Translations under genes and position numbers: made by a program
The notes under the pieces: model-generated
Told to the model about the DNA's origin: nothing
Seen by the model: only the letters and a program-made list of their open reading frames with translations
Databases searched by the model: none
Source of the DNA: the human T2T-CHM13v2.0 reference genome, Homo sapiens
Assembly: GCF_009914755.1 (NCBI RefSeq)
Contig: NC_060928.1
Reading direction: 5' to 3' (one strand)
DNA: 64,000 nucleotides
In this document: positions 1 through 13,950 of the stretch, in pieces
Position numbering within the stretch: position 1 is the first letter of the stretch
Layout: the number at the start of each line of letters is the position of its first letter

Positions 1-900
1 ATGTTCTTTACTGCTCCAGGGTGCCTAGTCTCCTGCTGGTCATTCTGTTGCCCTGCCACAAGGATGACTCAAAGTGACCAGTAACTCACTTGAAGCAGTA
101 GAAAATGAGACCATTTTTCCTTCTCAACTGTAGGTTGCAGCATCCCTGTAATCATTCTACTGGGGATACAGCACCTCTGTAATGTACTATGGCATCATGA
201 AGAAGGGCACTCCAAACTCTGAGCACATTCACTCAGTGCTGCTGCATGGCTTTCTGAGTCTCTCAGTGCTGAAGTCACCTGATTCAGAATGATGTTGTAT
301 GATACCAGGTTACCTCATGATTAGGAGCCCATTCTGTACCACTTCTTTCTGATTCCAATTTATTGGTGACATGTCTGTGTGGAATTGCATGCCTGTGGAA
401 GGAGCATTGCAAATGATCCCAGATAGTAGTGGTGGTAGAGATTCCTCAAGGAAGAAAGGGACATTCATAGTAAGATAGTTGTCTATTCCTGTGAGTCTAT
501 ATGGCTGACTCTTTTAGAATAGAAATGGCTCAATGTAATCAACTTGCTAACAAGTGGTTTTTTGGTCTCCTTATCAGGGTGCTATATGGGGATGCAACAT
601 TTGTCTAAAGAGCTGCACATTCAGAGTTACTAGACTGTCTCTAGAAATTGGCATTACATGCTGTTGGGCACCTGTGTAGCCTCCATGTCTGTTGCCACTA
701 TAGCCTGTATTCATTTGCTAGTTGGCTGATAACTGGCAGTCATTTTGTTTGGGTGGCTCGGTGAGTTTCTGTGGTTGGTGCTCTGTAGTGAGTCTTCACA
801 TGTGAAATGAAATTTACATGTCTACATGAACACACCTTTTCAGGGTTCTTTGTCTGACTTTGCAGTCCATTTGCATCTGGTCTACTGGTCAAGTGGTCTG
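1..900 (-). mobile_element. Degenerate ERVL internal (integrase region) remnant
   Basis: Minus-strand sequence near 300-350 and 530-605 resembles ERVL integrase motifs (EVxxWAxxHxxxW; xQVDYI). A paralogous copy lies at ~25.7-26.6 kb. Confidence 0.6.
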
Positions 901-2549
901 GCCATGGGCCTCTGTTGTAGATTCATAGCAGATTAATTTGAGCTGTCAATTACTTTCCTCAAAGATGAGGGCCTGGGAGGCATTTTTATTGGTGTCATAG
1001 CCATAGAGCATAGCCAAGAGGCTTTAGAATTGGAAATAGTGTTCTCACTTAGCAATTTAACAAGTATGTCTTTCTTAATCCCAAAGTGGTACTAGTTTTG
1101 CTGATATAAGCTAAAACTCATAAAGAATATTGCTGTATGACTTAGGCATATACCTGCTTTGGTGTCTTGGCCCTTCTAATAAGGAGATGAAAAATATGTT
1201 GGAAATACATTTGGATTCTCAAAGTTGAAAGCAGGCTGGCCCTGGTATTCCCAGTACTGGTCAGTAATGCTTTGGCTTGCTCACAAAACCTTGAGCCAAG
1301 GGTCAAGACAATGAGGAAGAAATACCCATCTGTGTTGTGCTGAGGATGGTGGCAGAAATAGGTTTCTTGCTCAGATGGTATCTTCTCACTTCAAGCCCTC
1401 TTCCTTTGGAAAAAGTGAAACTTCCTTTCATTGTTCTTGTCTTTAGGATGGGATTGAAATCTGCTGTGAGTTTAGACCTTTATCTGTTTCACAAGACTCC
1501 CTGTATTGAGTTGAACATGAAGACTCATCTTTCCCAGTTCCCTAATAAGAGTTCCCAGGCTTAAAGCTCTATGAGAGGTATGTCCAAACACACTCAGGCT
1601 TGTAGGATGTATAAGAGCTTTGCCTTCTAGCCCCTTGTCTCAATGTCCCCAATTTGTATGCAGAGTTAAACTATGTCACAAGATTCCTAGTTTATAGACA
1701 GGCCTATAATTGAGTGATGGGGGATGGGGGGGCTTGACCTGCCAACTACGGCAGTCACCTGCATGTTCTAGGGGAGTGGCTATGCCTGCATGTTCTGGGG
1801 GAGTGCTAGTGAGCCATATTTGGTGTTATGGGTTATGGAATAGGATATCACTGTTCTGTGGCACAGCTATACATTCTATATTTTGCTTCTAAATTGATCA
1901 TCTTTTATATTGTGGGGCAGGCAAGTGTGTAAGTTAGAGCCTTGACCTTGGTAAAGGTTGCTTGGCACTTGGCACTTTGTTTTTTGGGGAACCAAGAGTT
2001 TATTTCTGCTTTTTAATCAGGGACTCACTCAACAGAGGTCTCCATGTGAAAGCAAGTCTGTACTAAAAAGCTAAACAGCACTTCTGTGGACCTCTCAGTG
2101 GTTATTTGATTGGATGGCTCAAAGTGTATCAGATCATGAGGTTAACTTCCTGTATGAGGGAGATGGCTTTAGAGTCCAGGATGAGGTATCTGAGACCACA
2201 GGACACTGCTAGAAACTGACTCGCTGACTTCTATGCTTCACGAGATATGAGTGGTCTTGTGCATCCCTCCCAGGGTTTCTGGAAGTGCATGTGGGGTGTG
2301 AAAGAATCAGACAAGTCCCAAAGGTAAACTGCCAGGGCAGAAACTCTGAAACCTGATTCACTGTGTTGGCCAGAAGAGGGCAGCACTCACACAGCAGAAC
2401 AACTTTACGCATTCAGTGACTTCAAGGAGGATCCATACTCAGAGCCAACGATCCCTGAGAAAGCCTGGAGAGGGGTTGGGGCCTCAAATGAGCAGCTTCT
2501 TAGTGATGTTTCTGGGAAGAAAGAATGGACAAGTGAGTGGCCTCTTGGC

Positions 2550-3090
2550 CTGATAAGTACTTTGCACTAAAAGAGATAGGAAGGCCTCAGAAGCAGTATC
2601 AGAAACAGTCAGTCTCTGACCTTCTGTTCTTCTGTCTCCTGTTTGTTCTTTCCAAGACAGGTCACAGAAACTAGACTTCCTCTTCCTCAAGGCAAGTCAT
2701 AGAAACTAGAAGCCCTCTTCCCCAAGGCCAGCTGTAAAACCTGGAAAGATTGCTCACTTTCTCCTTGCCTTTCTGTGTAAGGACTGGCCATGAAGAAATT
2801 CTGACCTACCTTGACTAATAGTAGGTTATGAGACCCTCATTCCACAAGGGGTCCTGCCACCAACCCAGGTGGAAGAAATGCCAGAGACAAAGAATCTAGA
2901 CAGGCCTAGGTGGCTTTCCCAACTCAGTCTATTAGCATTAGGTCATATATCTCTGACCATTTACAGTCCTACATGGCTGTTCATACATCATTAAACCTAA
3001 GCAGGAAAATAGAAAGTTTTCTGTTTCTCCGTGGGTCTTCATTCTGAAGGTTCCCATGTCAAATTTTGATAGCATTTTGAAAAATAAATT
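2550..3090 (+). mobile_element. ERV1 solo LTR, MER34/MER39-like
   Basis: Repeated 'gtcatagaaactaga' motifs and 'gggtcttcattctgaaggttcccatgtca' are typical of this LTR group. Boundaries approximate. Confidence 0.5.
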
Positions 3091-4699
3091 TGGGCATACA
3101 GCCCTGGGTAGAGGCACTTCTTGGTAGGGAAATGGGTGAAGGTAAAAGGAACCTGTCTCAAAGCAGATGATCCAGAGTAGGTGTTGGAGAAAGATCTCAG
3201 TGGGGGACCAGATGCGGAAAGATTAAAACAGAGCAAAGATCCAGAGAGGCAGAGTCAGCTCTTTGGTCAATAATAAGCACCTTGGTTGAGTAGATGGTCA
3301 CAGAATGGCATGTTTCTCAGAGGGACTTGTGCTTGAGCAGCATATACCTGCCTTAGTATCTTGGCCCTTCTAATAAAGGGATGAAAAATACATTGGAAAT
3401 AGTTTGATTCTCAAAGTTGAAAGCAGGCTGGCCTTGGTATTCTAGATCCATCATGTGAGCACGTTTCTCTTGTGTGCATAAAACAGCATCTCAGAAGGTG
3501 TAAGTGTATGGATTAGTGAGACTTCTATGCTTTTACCCTGTATTTTTTATTGCTCACAAATCTTATGCAAACATGAGCTTTCCTAGGCTTACTTAATATT
3601 TCCCTTTATGTGACTATCAGTGACAAAGTGCAGTGAATTAAGCAATGTGAGCATAAGGTGTAGGCCTTGTGAGAACACAGAGCACATGGAAGACCATCAG
3701 CATCCTCCTTGCGCTCATGTGCAGCTGGATTTGCTGGTGAGCACCCACAGGGTCATTTTTGTGTGTTTTCTGTTTGCATAGTGTCTCTTGCCTAGAACAC
3801 TTTCCCAGTACATAACAATGACTACAGATGGTGACCTGAGATAGCAAAGGAAGTCTATAGTACATTGGTTCATAACAAACTCAGTCAGCTTTTGGTTCTT
3901 GTAGAGAAGCTAGAGTGTTTTAAGAGAGTATTTTATGCTAGTTAAGGAAGTTATTAGAGTTCTGTATGATGTAACTTTCTTGGGATTCTAGTCGGTATGA
4001 TACGTGGAATTTATAGGCAAACAACATCTTAAGGTAATTAAGCTCAGATTTTAGTCTAGTTTTGAAACTCAGTTCTGACTTGACTGAGTGGCTTTTGTTA
4101 CACATACATTTTCTGCTTATGTAAATTTAATGGTATCTACAACTAGGTCTCGAAGCATGCGACATTACTGATTTTTCTATAATTTTTTCTGAGGACTCTA
4201 CTGGTGGGAAGATGAATATCTGGTCCTTCATTTCCTACTACTAGCTTGTTGGCTCTGAGTATGAATCCTCCCTAATGTTGCTGAATGTGTAAAGCCACTT
4301 GGGTGCTATCTAGGATAAAGTGGGCAATACTTTATACCAATTCCAGGAGGTAGAACCAACTTGGAGGTTTTAGATGTATATGTGTTAGGTTGGATAAATA
4401 AGCCACACAGGACGTGTTCTTGAAGAGCCATACACTAGGCAAGAAACCATGCTTAGTGGTAAAATCACTGCAATCCAGTGCCATAATGAGGTAGAAAAGT
4501 TGGCATGCAAATACTGAAACTAGAGACATCTAGGAACCATGACAGATCATGGAGTTGCCAGAATTGGGCAGAACATGTAATTGGAGAATGTTGAGAGTTG
4601 AGGGAGGACTTCATTGTAATGAACAGGCATTCTGGGCACAGAACAGAGGAACTGCATTTCTCTAGGCCCTTTTGTCTGTGTTGTAGATTAGACTGTTTA

Positions 4700-5050
4700 G
4701 AATAAAAATTGAAGTGGAATTTGGCAGGAAGTATGGTATGTAGAGACCAAATCCTATCCTGGATGGGAAAGGAAACAGGATTGGGTGACAGGAGCACTTA
4801 ACTGCAGTGCAGGCCCAGCAATGCCTTAGCCAGTGTTGGTATTCATGTGGCCCTTCAGCTTGTTCCATGGTGGCCTGAAATAGCTGATCTTTATGTGTCT
4901 GCTGCAGTCAGTGATTGGATGGGGGCTGCATGGGAAGGGCATGCCCTTGGAGCTGAGGCAAACCCTGAAGTTGACTGGAGGCTGCTGACAGTGCTTCAAG
5001 CAGCTAGGGCAACATGTTTTTGAAGGGGATCTGGTTGGAGCATTCCTATG
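4700..5050. mobile_element. Old ERVL-class LTR fragment (LTR33/LTR16-like)
   Basis: 'cagtgattggatgggggctgcatgggaagggcatgcccttggagctgaggca' motif; related sequence at ~21.7-22.08 kb. Confidence 0.4.
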
Positions 5051-8000
5051 CCCTCCAAATCCAGTGATTTGGTGGAATTGTCTACCCTTTTTAATCTCTG
5101 GCCTGTGTTAACACATGCATATGCTCAGCATAGCTTTTTTTTGGCCCTACCTTTCCTACTGAGCTCCAGATGGAATCTGAGCTTTAGGTATTAGATGATT
5201 GACATGAGAGACAGAAGCTATGAAGTGACTAGACAGGTTGGAGACCACTACATACCCATTTTCACTCTCATAACCTAATGAGGTTCTTGTTTGCAGAAAA
5301 CTAAACTTTCAGAACAATTTCATGACACATAGCAAGTGCAGTCTATAGGCCTCCCACATGTCACTTCTACAGCTTACAAAATTGACCAAAGTAGTTCATG
5401 CTGTCTCCATGTCCCAGATGGTTTGGACCACAGGGAAAATTCATTTTCTTAACCTTGGTCATAGGTAGGTCCAGGCTGTAGGACTTTGTGTCTTAAATCC
5501 ATCCTCAATCTTTACCCTCAGTAGTTTGCTACATTGAAAACCTATCCAAGGATTCTGATGGCTCGAGCAGAGCTATTATAGGATCCTTATCCCAGGCTCC
5601 TCGGGTTGGGGTAGGTCTCCAGGCAGAAGTCTTGTTCCAGTCTTCTCACAGGCATGAGGTTGGGGAGAGAAAATCCAAAGTTTTCTTCACAGGACACAGC
5701 AGTAGTTTAACCCTTTGCTTGCCTTATGATATGAATGTCTTCTACTTGGACCTGAACCCTCAGCAGAATAAAAAATTAGAAAGAATCTGAGATGGTTCTT
5801 ACTGCCTGGAACTGGTACTCATGTAAGCATGGAGGCCAGATGGGCAATGTGGGCTGTGTAGGCATCAGACTGGCAGGGAGTGGACAAGTGGATTCTTGCA
5901 TCACCTGGTGGAGGGAACTAGTCTCTCCAGGGTATGCAGAGGTAGGGCAGGGGCAGGTTCAGCTGTGGCAGCAGCTAGTGTCACAATAGTGACCCTAGCC
6001 AGAACTGGGGCAGTTGTCATGGATGTGGGGCCACTCAATCCCCAAAGTAGGAGGGACCCGGGGAGGGCAGGTTGGACTGTCCACCACTCTGAGGGGAAGA
6101 TTCAAGCTGGGCAGCCTGCAGAGGATGAGGGTTGACACTTGGCACAATGAAGTGCCCATCTACCGTGGGCAGGGGCTGTGCAGCACACATCCAGGGAGGT
6201 CTTATTCATCCTGGATGTAGAGTTCTTCAGAACAACTGACTTTCATGTTGAATGTAAGTCGGGAGCCCCAATATAGAGCTCAAAGCCCGTGATGGTGTCC
6301 TAGAGTGGAACTTATCCTATAACCTAGGCACCTCCTTCCCTCCCTCCATGGCAGGTGTTAGCTACAGATATGAGGGGACCGCGTTTGTATGCCTACCACA
6401 TGACCATTCTGGAAGCTACAGTTCTTGTTACTCTCAGCTCCAACTTTACTGGTAAATTCTACTTTGCCTTTGGCTACTTTATAGCTAGCCCCTGTAGCAT
6501 CAGGTCAGGATGGCATGGTTCCAGGGCAGCAGGAGGAGGAAGTGCTTCAAGTCCTAGCCCCTGACCATTCCCTGGTGCTCTCTTCCAAGTGAGCATGAGG
6601 ATAGATGATCTGTGATGGTTGGCTTCCCTGAGACCTAGAGACAACTGTGAGGGAGACAGTCTCTACCTGGATGAAGGGCACAGCTTGATGTAGACTTCTG
6701 CTTTTTCTTTTTTCAGATATGTCCTTTAACTTTCCTCTAAATTGTAGTCTGGAGCTTAGACTTTTGGATCCTTGGGTTACAGTCCAGTCTTTACTACAAT
6801 CTCACTTGTCTCTTGGGGAATTCTGTGTATTGGATAATTCACAGGCTAGAAAAGAAAACCCTGGCCTAGTTTTATTTGACCTCCCACAGCCATTCTGTCC
6901 CCCACTGAAGCATCCTTGGCCTAGTGCCTTCCAGGTCCCTTGGCTTTGCCAAATTTCCACACTCCTGCCTTGTGACTTGGGTGTTCGTAAATACTGCTCT
7001 GGTGTCTGTTCACCTCCACCTTGCCCAAGGAGAATGGCTGTTCAAGCTCCCTTAGATGACAGCCTCACCTGCTGCCTCAGGCTAAGTGCTCCTGCTTCAT
7101 ATGCTGTTTCACAGCCTATGTGCCATTCATTCTGTCATGGTTTGTGACCCTATTTATGCTAGCAGGTACTAGGCAGCAGCATCTAATATTTGCCATCCTT
7201 GAAGTGGAAATGAAGCACACTTATTTGTCCAGTCATGTTTAGGTAGTTATTGGCTACTATGCTTTATGTAAAATATCTATGTCTGATCTTTACTCTGTAC
7301 TTCCTAAGTATTTGACTTGATCTTTGAATATTGGGAATATGAGACCTCAGTCTGTGACCACATAATTTTTTTTCACCAGCTTTTCCAGAACGCTTACTTT
7401 TACGATAGCCTTTTTTTTTTTTTTGTATCTTTGGATGTCTTGCTGTGTAAATCGTGTTGATGAATTACTCACTGAAAACATGTAGTTTCCCTCCTTATTC
7501 TTTCTCTGAGCAAACCAATTTCCCTTTCTAAAGAAAACGTTCCTTTGTTTTCTTCCAGAGATTCTTTACTTATACTTTGGCTGAGTGGATAGTACTAATA
7601 CTTATGTACATCACCACTTTAAAACCAAATATAAACTTTTCCAACATATTTTATAGATATTTCCTATCAGTGCATACAGAGCTAAGCTTAGATTCTCCCA
7701 AGGCAGAGTCTGAGCCCAGGGTTTTATTACCTTTTCCATGGTGGAGTCTTTCTGGTTGGTGTTAATGTGTGACACAGAATGGTAGGGTCCTCTCTCACTC
7801 ATCTGCCAAAACAAATATCTAGCCTATTGGCTTTAGACATGTCTATACAGAAATTAGTATAACTGAATGTTTTCCCTTCTCATATAAGCACTGTTAAAAC
7901 ATGAATACAGCCCCTTGGATCAGTTATTTCTACAGGAGTCAATCTTGGTTGCACCTGCCCAGATCAAACCCTTCAGTTAATTAGGTGCTTTATTTAACAA

Positions 8001-8299
8001 AGCTCACTCATACTTCTTTGAAGTTAGGGACTTGTTTGGGCATTTGCCTCAAGTCCAAAGGACTTGGACTGCTGGCTCTTGTAGTCCTATAGTAGACACA
8101 CAGATAAGTTATTACCTTGGGTAAGCAAGTATCCAAATAAGGTAACATCATAAAAGTGACAGAATTGGGAGTTAATATAAACCATGGGGTTCTGTTATTT
8201 CATGTAATAAATGTATTACCGTTATAGATAAACTAATGCTAAAGAAAGTTCCAAGTGTTCTGTGCTGGTCACTTTAGTTTAAAACTACAAATGTGGTGA

Positions 8300-8430
8300 A
8301 TATTTGGACTTTGGATCTGAGTTCAGGTCCCTCTTTGACCTAATTGCCTAGTTACTTTGGGGAAGTCTGTTTCCATCTGTTTTGATCCCTCTGTTGAGCT
8401 TCATTTCTCCTCTACAAAGTTACGAAGGGG
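8300..8430. mobile_element. MIR fragment
   Basis: 'ctttggatctgagttcaggtcc...gttactttggggaagt...cttcatttctcctctacaaag' resembles the MIR core. Confidence 0.4.
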
Positions 8431-9078
8431 AAGATAAGTATTCAAACTACTTTGTCATACTAATGAACTGAATCTTCTCAAAGGTACACATGCTTTATAA
8501 GGAAAAACGGGAGGAAAAAAATATACTCTCTGGGCCAAAACTTGTTGGCTTTGCTTAATTTACTGGGCATTTTCTTTACTCTGTGGTTGAGCAAAATAGA
8601 TGGTAATGTGAGACAGGACTCACTTGCTAGAAGCAAGCTGCTTTGATAGCCTCACAACCTGAGCTTTTCTTTCAGGATGTGGAAGAACTTCGTTTTTGAG
8701 CATCTAATGGCTCTAATAAAGACCTGATACCCATTAGTCTCAAGCAACATAACCCACATTCTCATACTACAGCACGTGTGGTTTTCTATATTGGATAGCC
8801 TATACTGAAATGGTAGTGGTTTCTGATCTAAAGCTTATAACCCACACATGTAGACTCTACAACTCCAAATGTGTGCACAAAAGCTCTTTGAGTGTGCCAA
8901 GTAAAATAAGTGGAAGTGTTACATGTGGTCATGCCACAATCTCAGTTAATGGCAGACTAAAGTGGGTCAACGATGTGCCACCTCCTGCAACCCTACCAAA
9001 AACAGAACTGACTGCTTCACACTCCGTCACACACCCACACCATATCCTGCTTTATTTCTTTCATAGTACTTACCCTAC

Positions 9079-9509
9079 TGACCCAGACCCAATCCCTGTT
9101 GTACTGAACAAAGGACAAATGCAGGAATAAAGATAAAGACAAAAGGGTATATTTGGAAGAAAGAGTTGAGGGGCTCATTGCTTCTAGTGTACAAGGGCAC
9201 TGAGCTTTAGATCCCTTTGTATTTGAGTAAAGGAGATAGGGAGAAAGAGGGATCGTTGTCAGTCAGCTGCTTGACTTAGAGCAAGCTTGCATGATGGCAT
9301 TCTTTGAACAGTAGTCTCCAGATGTTCCAGTAGATAACCTCAAGGAGCATGGCACCAGGGAGTGATTGCCCTCAGCACACCTTCCGTCAGCAGGAGCAGA
9401 AGCGAGATTGCCCATGTTCTGCATTCAAGATAAACAGTTTGTTGTTTGATCATACAGCCTCAGTGGAATGCTGAGTTGGTCATGACACACAGGCCTTCGG
9501 CTCTCTACA
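9079..9509 (-). repeat. 3' LTR (LTR3)
   Basis: Homologous to 16582-17016; preceded on the minus strand by the polypurine tract aaagggggaaa (9510-9520). Confidence 0.92.
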
Positions 9510-9559
9510 TTTCCCCCTTTCTGTTTATGTATTAATTGAAAGAATGTAAGGCCAGGTTT

Positions 9560-11529
9560 GGCAGCTCTCATTTTGTGATTGGCGGTCCACCTGATTTTAG
9601 ACTATGAACAGAAGACAGGGACAAAACAACAACATTCCAAGGATTACATATAAGATGTTAATGTGGTGCTTTAGATAGGTCCAAGGATTGATGCTCTGCA
9701 GGTGTTGCTGGAATTTCAGTCCAGTCTTCTAAAGAAGGCTGAAACTCTTGAGTTTATTTAAACCAAGAATTTTGTTTTGTAATTCACCAATATCAAAGGT
9801 GATGTTGGATGTGAAAGCTCCCTGCAAATGGGCTTCCACAAGGTCCCACGGATACTCACTTTGGTTATATTCTAAGTTGGTTACACAAATATGAGTGTGA
9901 TTAAAATGACAGCGCAATTGCTGTTGCAATTGTAAGCTTTGTACTTGTTCTCCTAACCATAGAACCATGGATTTCAACATTGCCACTTCAGTTTGTAACT
10001 CAGTGTTAATTTTATTCTGAAGTAGCCATGCTTGGTTGGTTGCATGTGTCAAGTTTTCCACATGCTGAGCTGTTTGAATATAACTATGCAGAGCTATAGA
10101 GGACATCACAACAGAAGTTATTAATGTGACCAAGGAAACAATAGCAAAAGTTATCATGCCTAAGGCTCTATGGATGCAATGAGTAAGTTGAGTTAGAAGT
10201 TTCACGAAGTGCAAGGAGGGGGTGGCAGCCCAAGGCTCAGACAGATTAACAGGAATCCATAGCCCAGGGATGTGACCCCAAATTATCAAAGTAGAGATAT
10301 TATGTGTTTGCAATGTGCTATGATTAATGCAGTGATATAACTGGCAAGATTTACAGGTCAATTGGGGTATTGTTTACCTGGAGCTGCTCCTTCTTAGCTG
10401 CCAAAAAGACATAAGGATTAAAAACACAAACTGTAAATTGAGTAGTGATATTCTTTACAAATGTAACATTAAAACTGTTGTTTACTATTGCTATTATTGG
10501 ATAGTATCCCAATCCAGATGCTGCCATTCATAAATGGGAGTGCTGCCTTCCATAACGTCTCTTGGATTGGTCCTTTCCTCCCTAGATAGTGCCATTGAGG
10601 AAGAGGTGGGATAAAGCCTGCTCCATGCCAACAATCTGGGTGGCAGACTGGGATTGGATCCCAGTGTGGTATAAAGAAGCAGCATTAAAACTTGCCACTA
10701 ATGCCAGCGAAGTTTGTGCCATGATTTCTGATTTTCATCTTTTCCATATATTCGACCTTTAGGCCCCCAATCCACAATGTCTCCAGTTAACATACATTGT
10801 TTTCTAGCCAGTTGGCCAAGACACTGGGTCCACAGAGGTGGATAGGAACTAGTGAAGGGAATCCATTCCGTATAGTCAGCACAACTGGGGTGACTGGGCC
10901 GGGAATGGTTGGTTAGCACACCAGTTACATTAATGGAACCAAGATTTAATAGGTACATGACATTTCCATAGTGACTCAACCATTCTTGAGCTTGAATTGC
11001 AAGACAGATACGGTTGAGTGACTTTTTTGTAGTGATACACAAGAGGAGTCCTTCCAGTGGGGCAGTATAATTAATGACATTGTTCTGAGAGTCTAACTTT
11101 TCTACGTCGGGGGAGTTAGGGGTCCTGGAGCCCACACTCCCTGATCATGATAGATCACTTTAGAGGAGTGTCACTCCAAAGTATAGGTTGTACTAGTGGG
11201 GGATTGGGAACATATTCCTAATATGTTTTTGCTTCTGCACAGGGAAAACATACCACACAGGACATTATGGCTAACATAGCCAAGAACATGGAATCAGGGG
11301 TTTTTGTCTGGCCTTGATGCTCCCATAGTTTTCTAGCTTCCTGTGTGGTTTTCTTGAGTTGCCCCCAGTTATGGGGGTTGATGTCATTGTGACTCTGGTC
11401 AGCCATCTCTCCATCTTTGCACTCAGGCTCAGCTGGCTCATGGCTCATACCAGAGGGACCGGGCCCATGTTTTGCAACCAAGTGTTCCTCCAGTTTCCCA
11501 TTCCGTGGTTGCACGCACCTTCGGGGCAC
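9560..11529 (-). pseudogene. env: HML-6 env, fragmented (signal peptide, SU, TM)
   Basis: ORF 11218-11529 (WGQLKK...MFLAMLAIMSC signal peptide), ORF 10698-11135 (IVDWGPKG, SU), ORF 9729-10361 (fusion peptide, heptad repeat, CX7C 'CHFNHTHIC'); stops and frameshifts in between. Confidence 0.88.
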
Positions 11530-13950
11530 CCATACAGTTTGTTTGTCTCCTGTAAAAACACAAGCATACCCTTGTCTTCATGTTAGTAAATCCACCAGAC
11601 ATTTCCATTGTCCTCCTTCCAGGGATTTCCATAACACTTTTGGATAAACTTTCCTCTTTTCCTCTAACACTTGCCAATGTCTTTCTGCTGGAGTCTTACC
11701 ATCTGTACCAGGAGTCAAAAAATTTAATGTAAATAAAGCTAAATATTTTGTTTGTGGTGGTAACTGGTCTCCTATAGCTTTTTGTTTTTTCAACATGTGT
11801 TGTAATGTTTGGGCCCACTCTATAATGCCTTGCCCTCTAGGATTATAAGGAATTCCTGTTTTGTGAGTTATAGCCCAAAGCTGTAGGAAATTTTGAAAAG
11901 CATGACTAGTATAAGTGGGTCCATTGTCAGTTTTTAATTGTTTAGGGATTCCCATATGAGCAAATAACAATGTCACTGTGCATGCATCTGTTTGGCATGT
12001 AGCATGCAGCATATGAGAATAAGTGTCTATAGTCACATGAACATAGCTAAGTTTGCCAAAGGCTGCTATATGTGGAACATCCATTTGCCAGATTTCATTT
12101 GGAGCCAAACCTTGTGGGTTACAACTTTCTACAGGTGTGGCTCCAGGGACATGCTGGCAAGTAGGACAGGCTTGTATTATAGTCCTAGCTTGGATGCGAG
12201 ACAAGTGAACCATGCGAGTAAGAGCAGAAGTATTTTGGTGCAGTAGCACATGGGAGGCTTGAGCTTGCTAAAACACAGAACCAATTTATCTGCTCTATCA
12301 TTACCTAGAGATAGTCATCCGGGAAGTTGTGTGTGAGAGTGAATATGAGAAATATGAAAAGGAACTGCATGAGAGCACATAGCTTACTGAAGTCTTAGAA
12401 ACAAATTAAGCAGTTCTGATTGTAGGGTATATTTAATTGTAGCAGTTTCTATGTGACTGCCTACATTTATAACATAAGCTGAATCACAGACACTGTTGAT
12501 AGGATCTGAAGCTGTGAGCTATAAAACCTGAATGACTGCAATTAAATCTGAGTGTTGAGCTGAAACCCCAGAGGTCATTATTGTTTATGTTTAGGTCCAT
12601 AAATAGCTGTACAATCTTTGGAAGAGCCATCAGCAAAATAAGTCTAGCCACCTGAAATAGGCTTGTGATGAGTAGTCACAGGAAGAATGAAAGAATGGAC
12701 TTTATAAAACTGTAAAATTTTGTCTGAGGGGTAGTGGTTGTCTATTATTCCCACAAAGTCTGCAAAAGTGATTTGTCATGCAATCAACACATCCCAAGCT
12801 GTGGCCTGTTGCTGGGAGTCTAAGGGAACAATGATTTTACCTGGATCATATCCCATAAGCATCTTTGACCTATGACTGCTCATAGTCACAATTTGTGTAA
12901 TTAAAGACAAACTTGTAAAGTTTTCACTGTTTGATTAGGCAAAAAGAGCCATTCTATTACTGTTACAGATTTGTCTAAGCATTGGCCTAAAAGTCCTGTT
13001 GGAGAATGGGGCATAGGAAGAATTGAAGCAAAGGTTTTTGTGGCTGTAGGTGGGAGGCATGTCATTGCTGTAGCATCTGCTCTACATGCTGCAACTCTGC
13101 TTCTGCCTCTTTTGTCAATTGCTGCGGGGAATTTAAAGAAGAGTCTCCTTGCAGGGTTTGATAAAAATGTGTAAGTTGATAAATTGCAATACCTAGCATT
13201 GGTTACAACCAATTAATATTTCCTAATAATTGTTGAAAATCATTTAAAGTCTGTAATCTATCTTTATGGAGAACTACTTTCTGAGGCTGTACACTCCTCT
13301 CTAACAATAGCTCCTAAGTAATGGTATGGGGAAGTTGTTTGTACTTTCTCTGGAGCAATTTTGAGATTCCATTTAACAAGAGCTCTCTTTACTTCTCTGA
13401 ATAATTGATGCAATATTTGATCTGTAGGAGTGGCCAAAAGTGTATCATCCATATAATGATATATGCAGTAGGAAACATATTTCAAGGCTCCTTTAATGTT
13501 CTTCCCATGAAATGCTGACATAACATAGGTCTGTTTAGCATGCCTTGAGGCAAAACTTTCCATTGATAGTGAGAAGCAGGTTCTCTTTGATTAATAGAAG
13601 GCACAGAGAAGGCAAATCAAGGCTTATCCTCCTCATGTAATGGTACAGTAAATAAACAATCCTTAAGAACTATTACAACGAGAGGTCAGTCTCTTAGAAT
13701 GGCCGCTTGGGTTGGCAGACCTTGCTGTAAAGTGCCCATCGGTTTAACTTGCGCATTAATAGCTCTCAAATAATGTAGCAGTTGCCATCTTCCAGACTCT
13801 TTTGGAATAACAAACACTGGTGAATTCCAGGGACTGACTCCTATATGTCTCGCAACCAATTGTTCTTTTACCAACAAATGAAGTTACGCTAGCTTCTCCT
13901 GTGTTAGGGGCCACTGATCCACCCACACAGGTTTGTCACTGAGCCAATCT
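11500..13950 (-). pseudogene. pol: HML-6 pol (RT, RNase H, integrase), disrupted
   Basis: [12 protein letters not shown] (13686-13877), YMDD (13264-13563); integrase CxxC, WQMD, KTDNGP and GIIE (11578-12249). Confidence 0.9.

Noticed and set aside
6719-7147. 142-aa ORF after a strong acceptor-like site
   Set aside because: No recognisable homology or domain and not seen in the paralogous blocks; likely a chance ORF.
9729-10361. 210-aa env TM ORF as a co-opted fusogen or suppressor
   Set aside because: TTG start, no signal peptide in frame, degraded furin site (CIHR), and a frameshift before the membrane anchor.
11578-12249. Integrase ORF as a functional enzyme
   Set aside because: Small internal deletions, a C-terminal stop, and disconnection from the disrupted pol.
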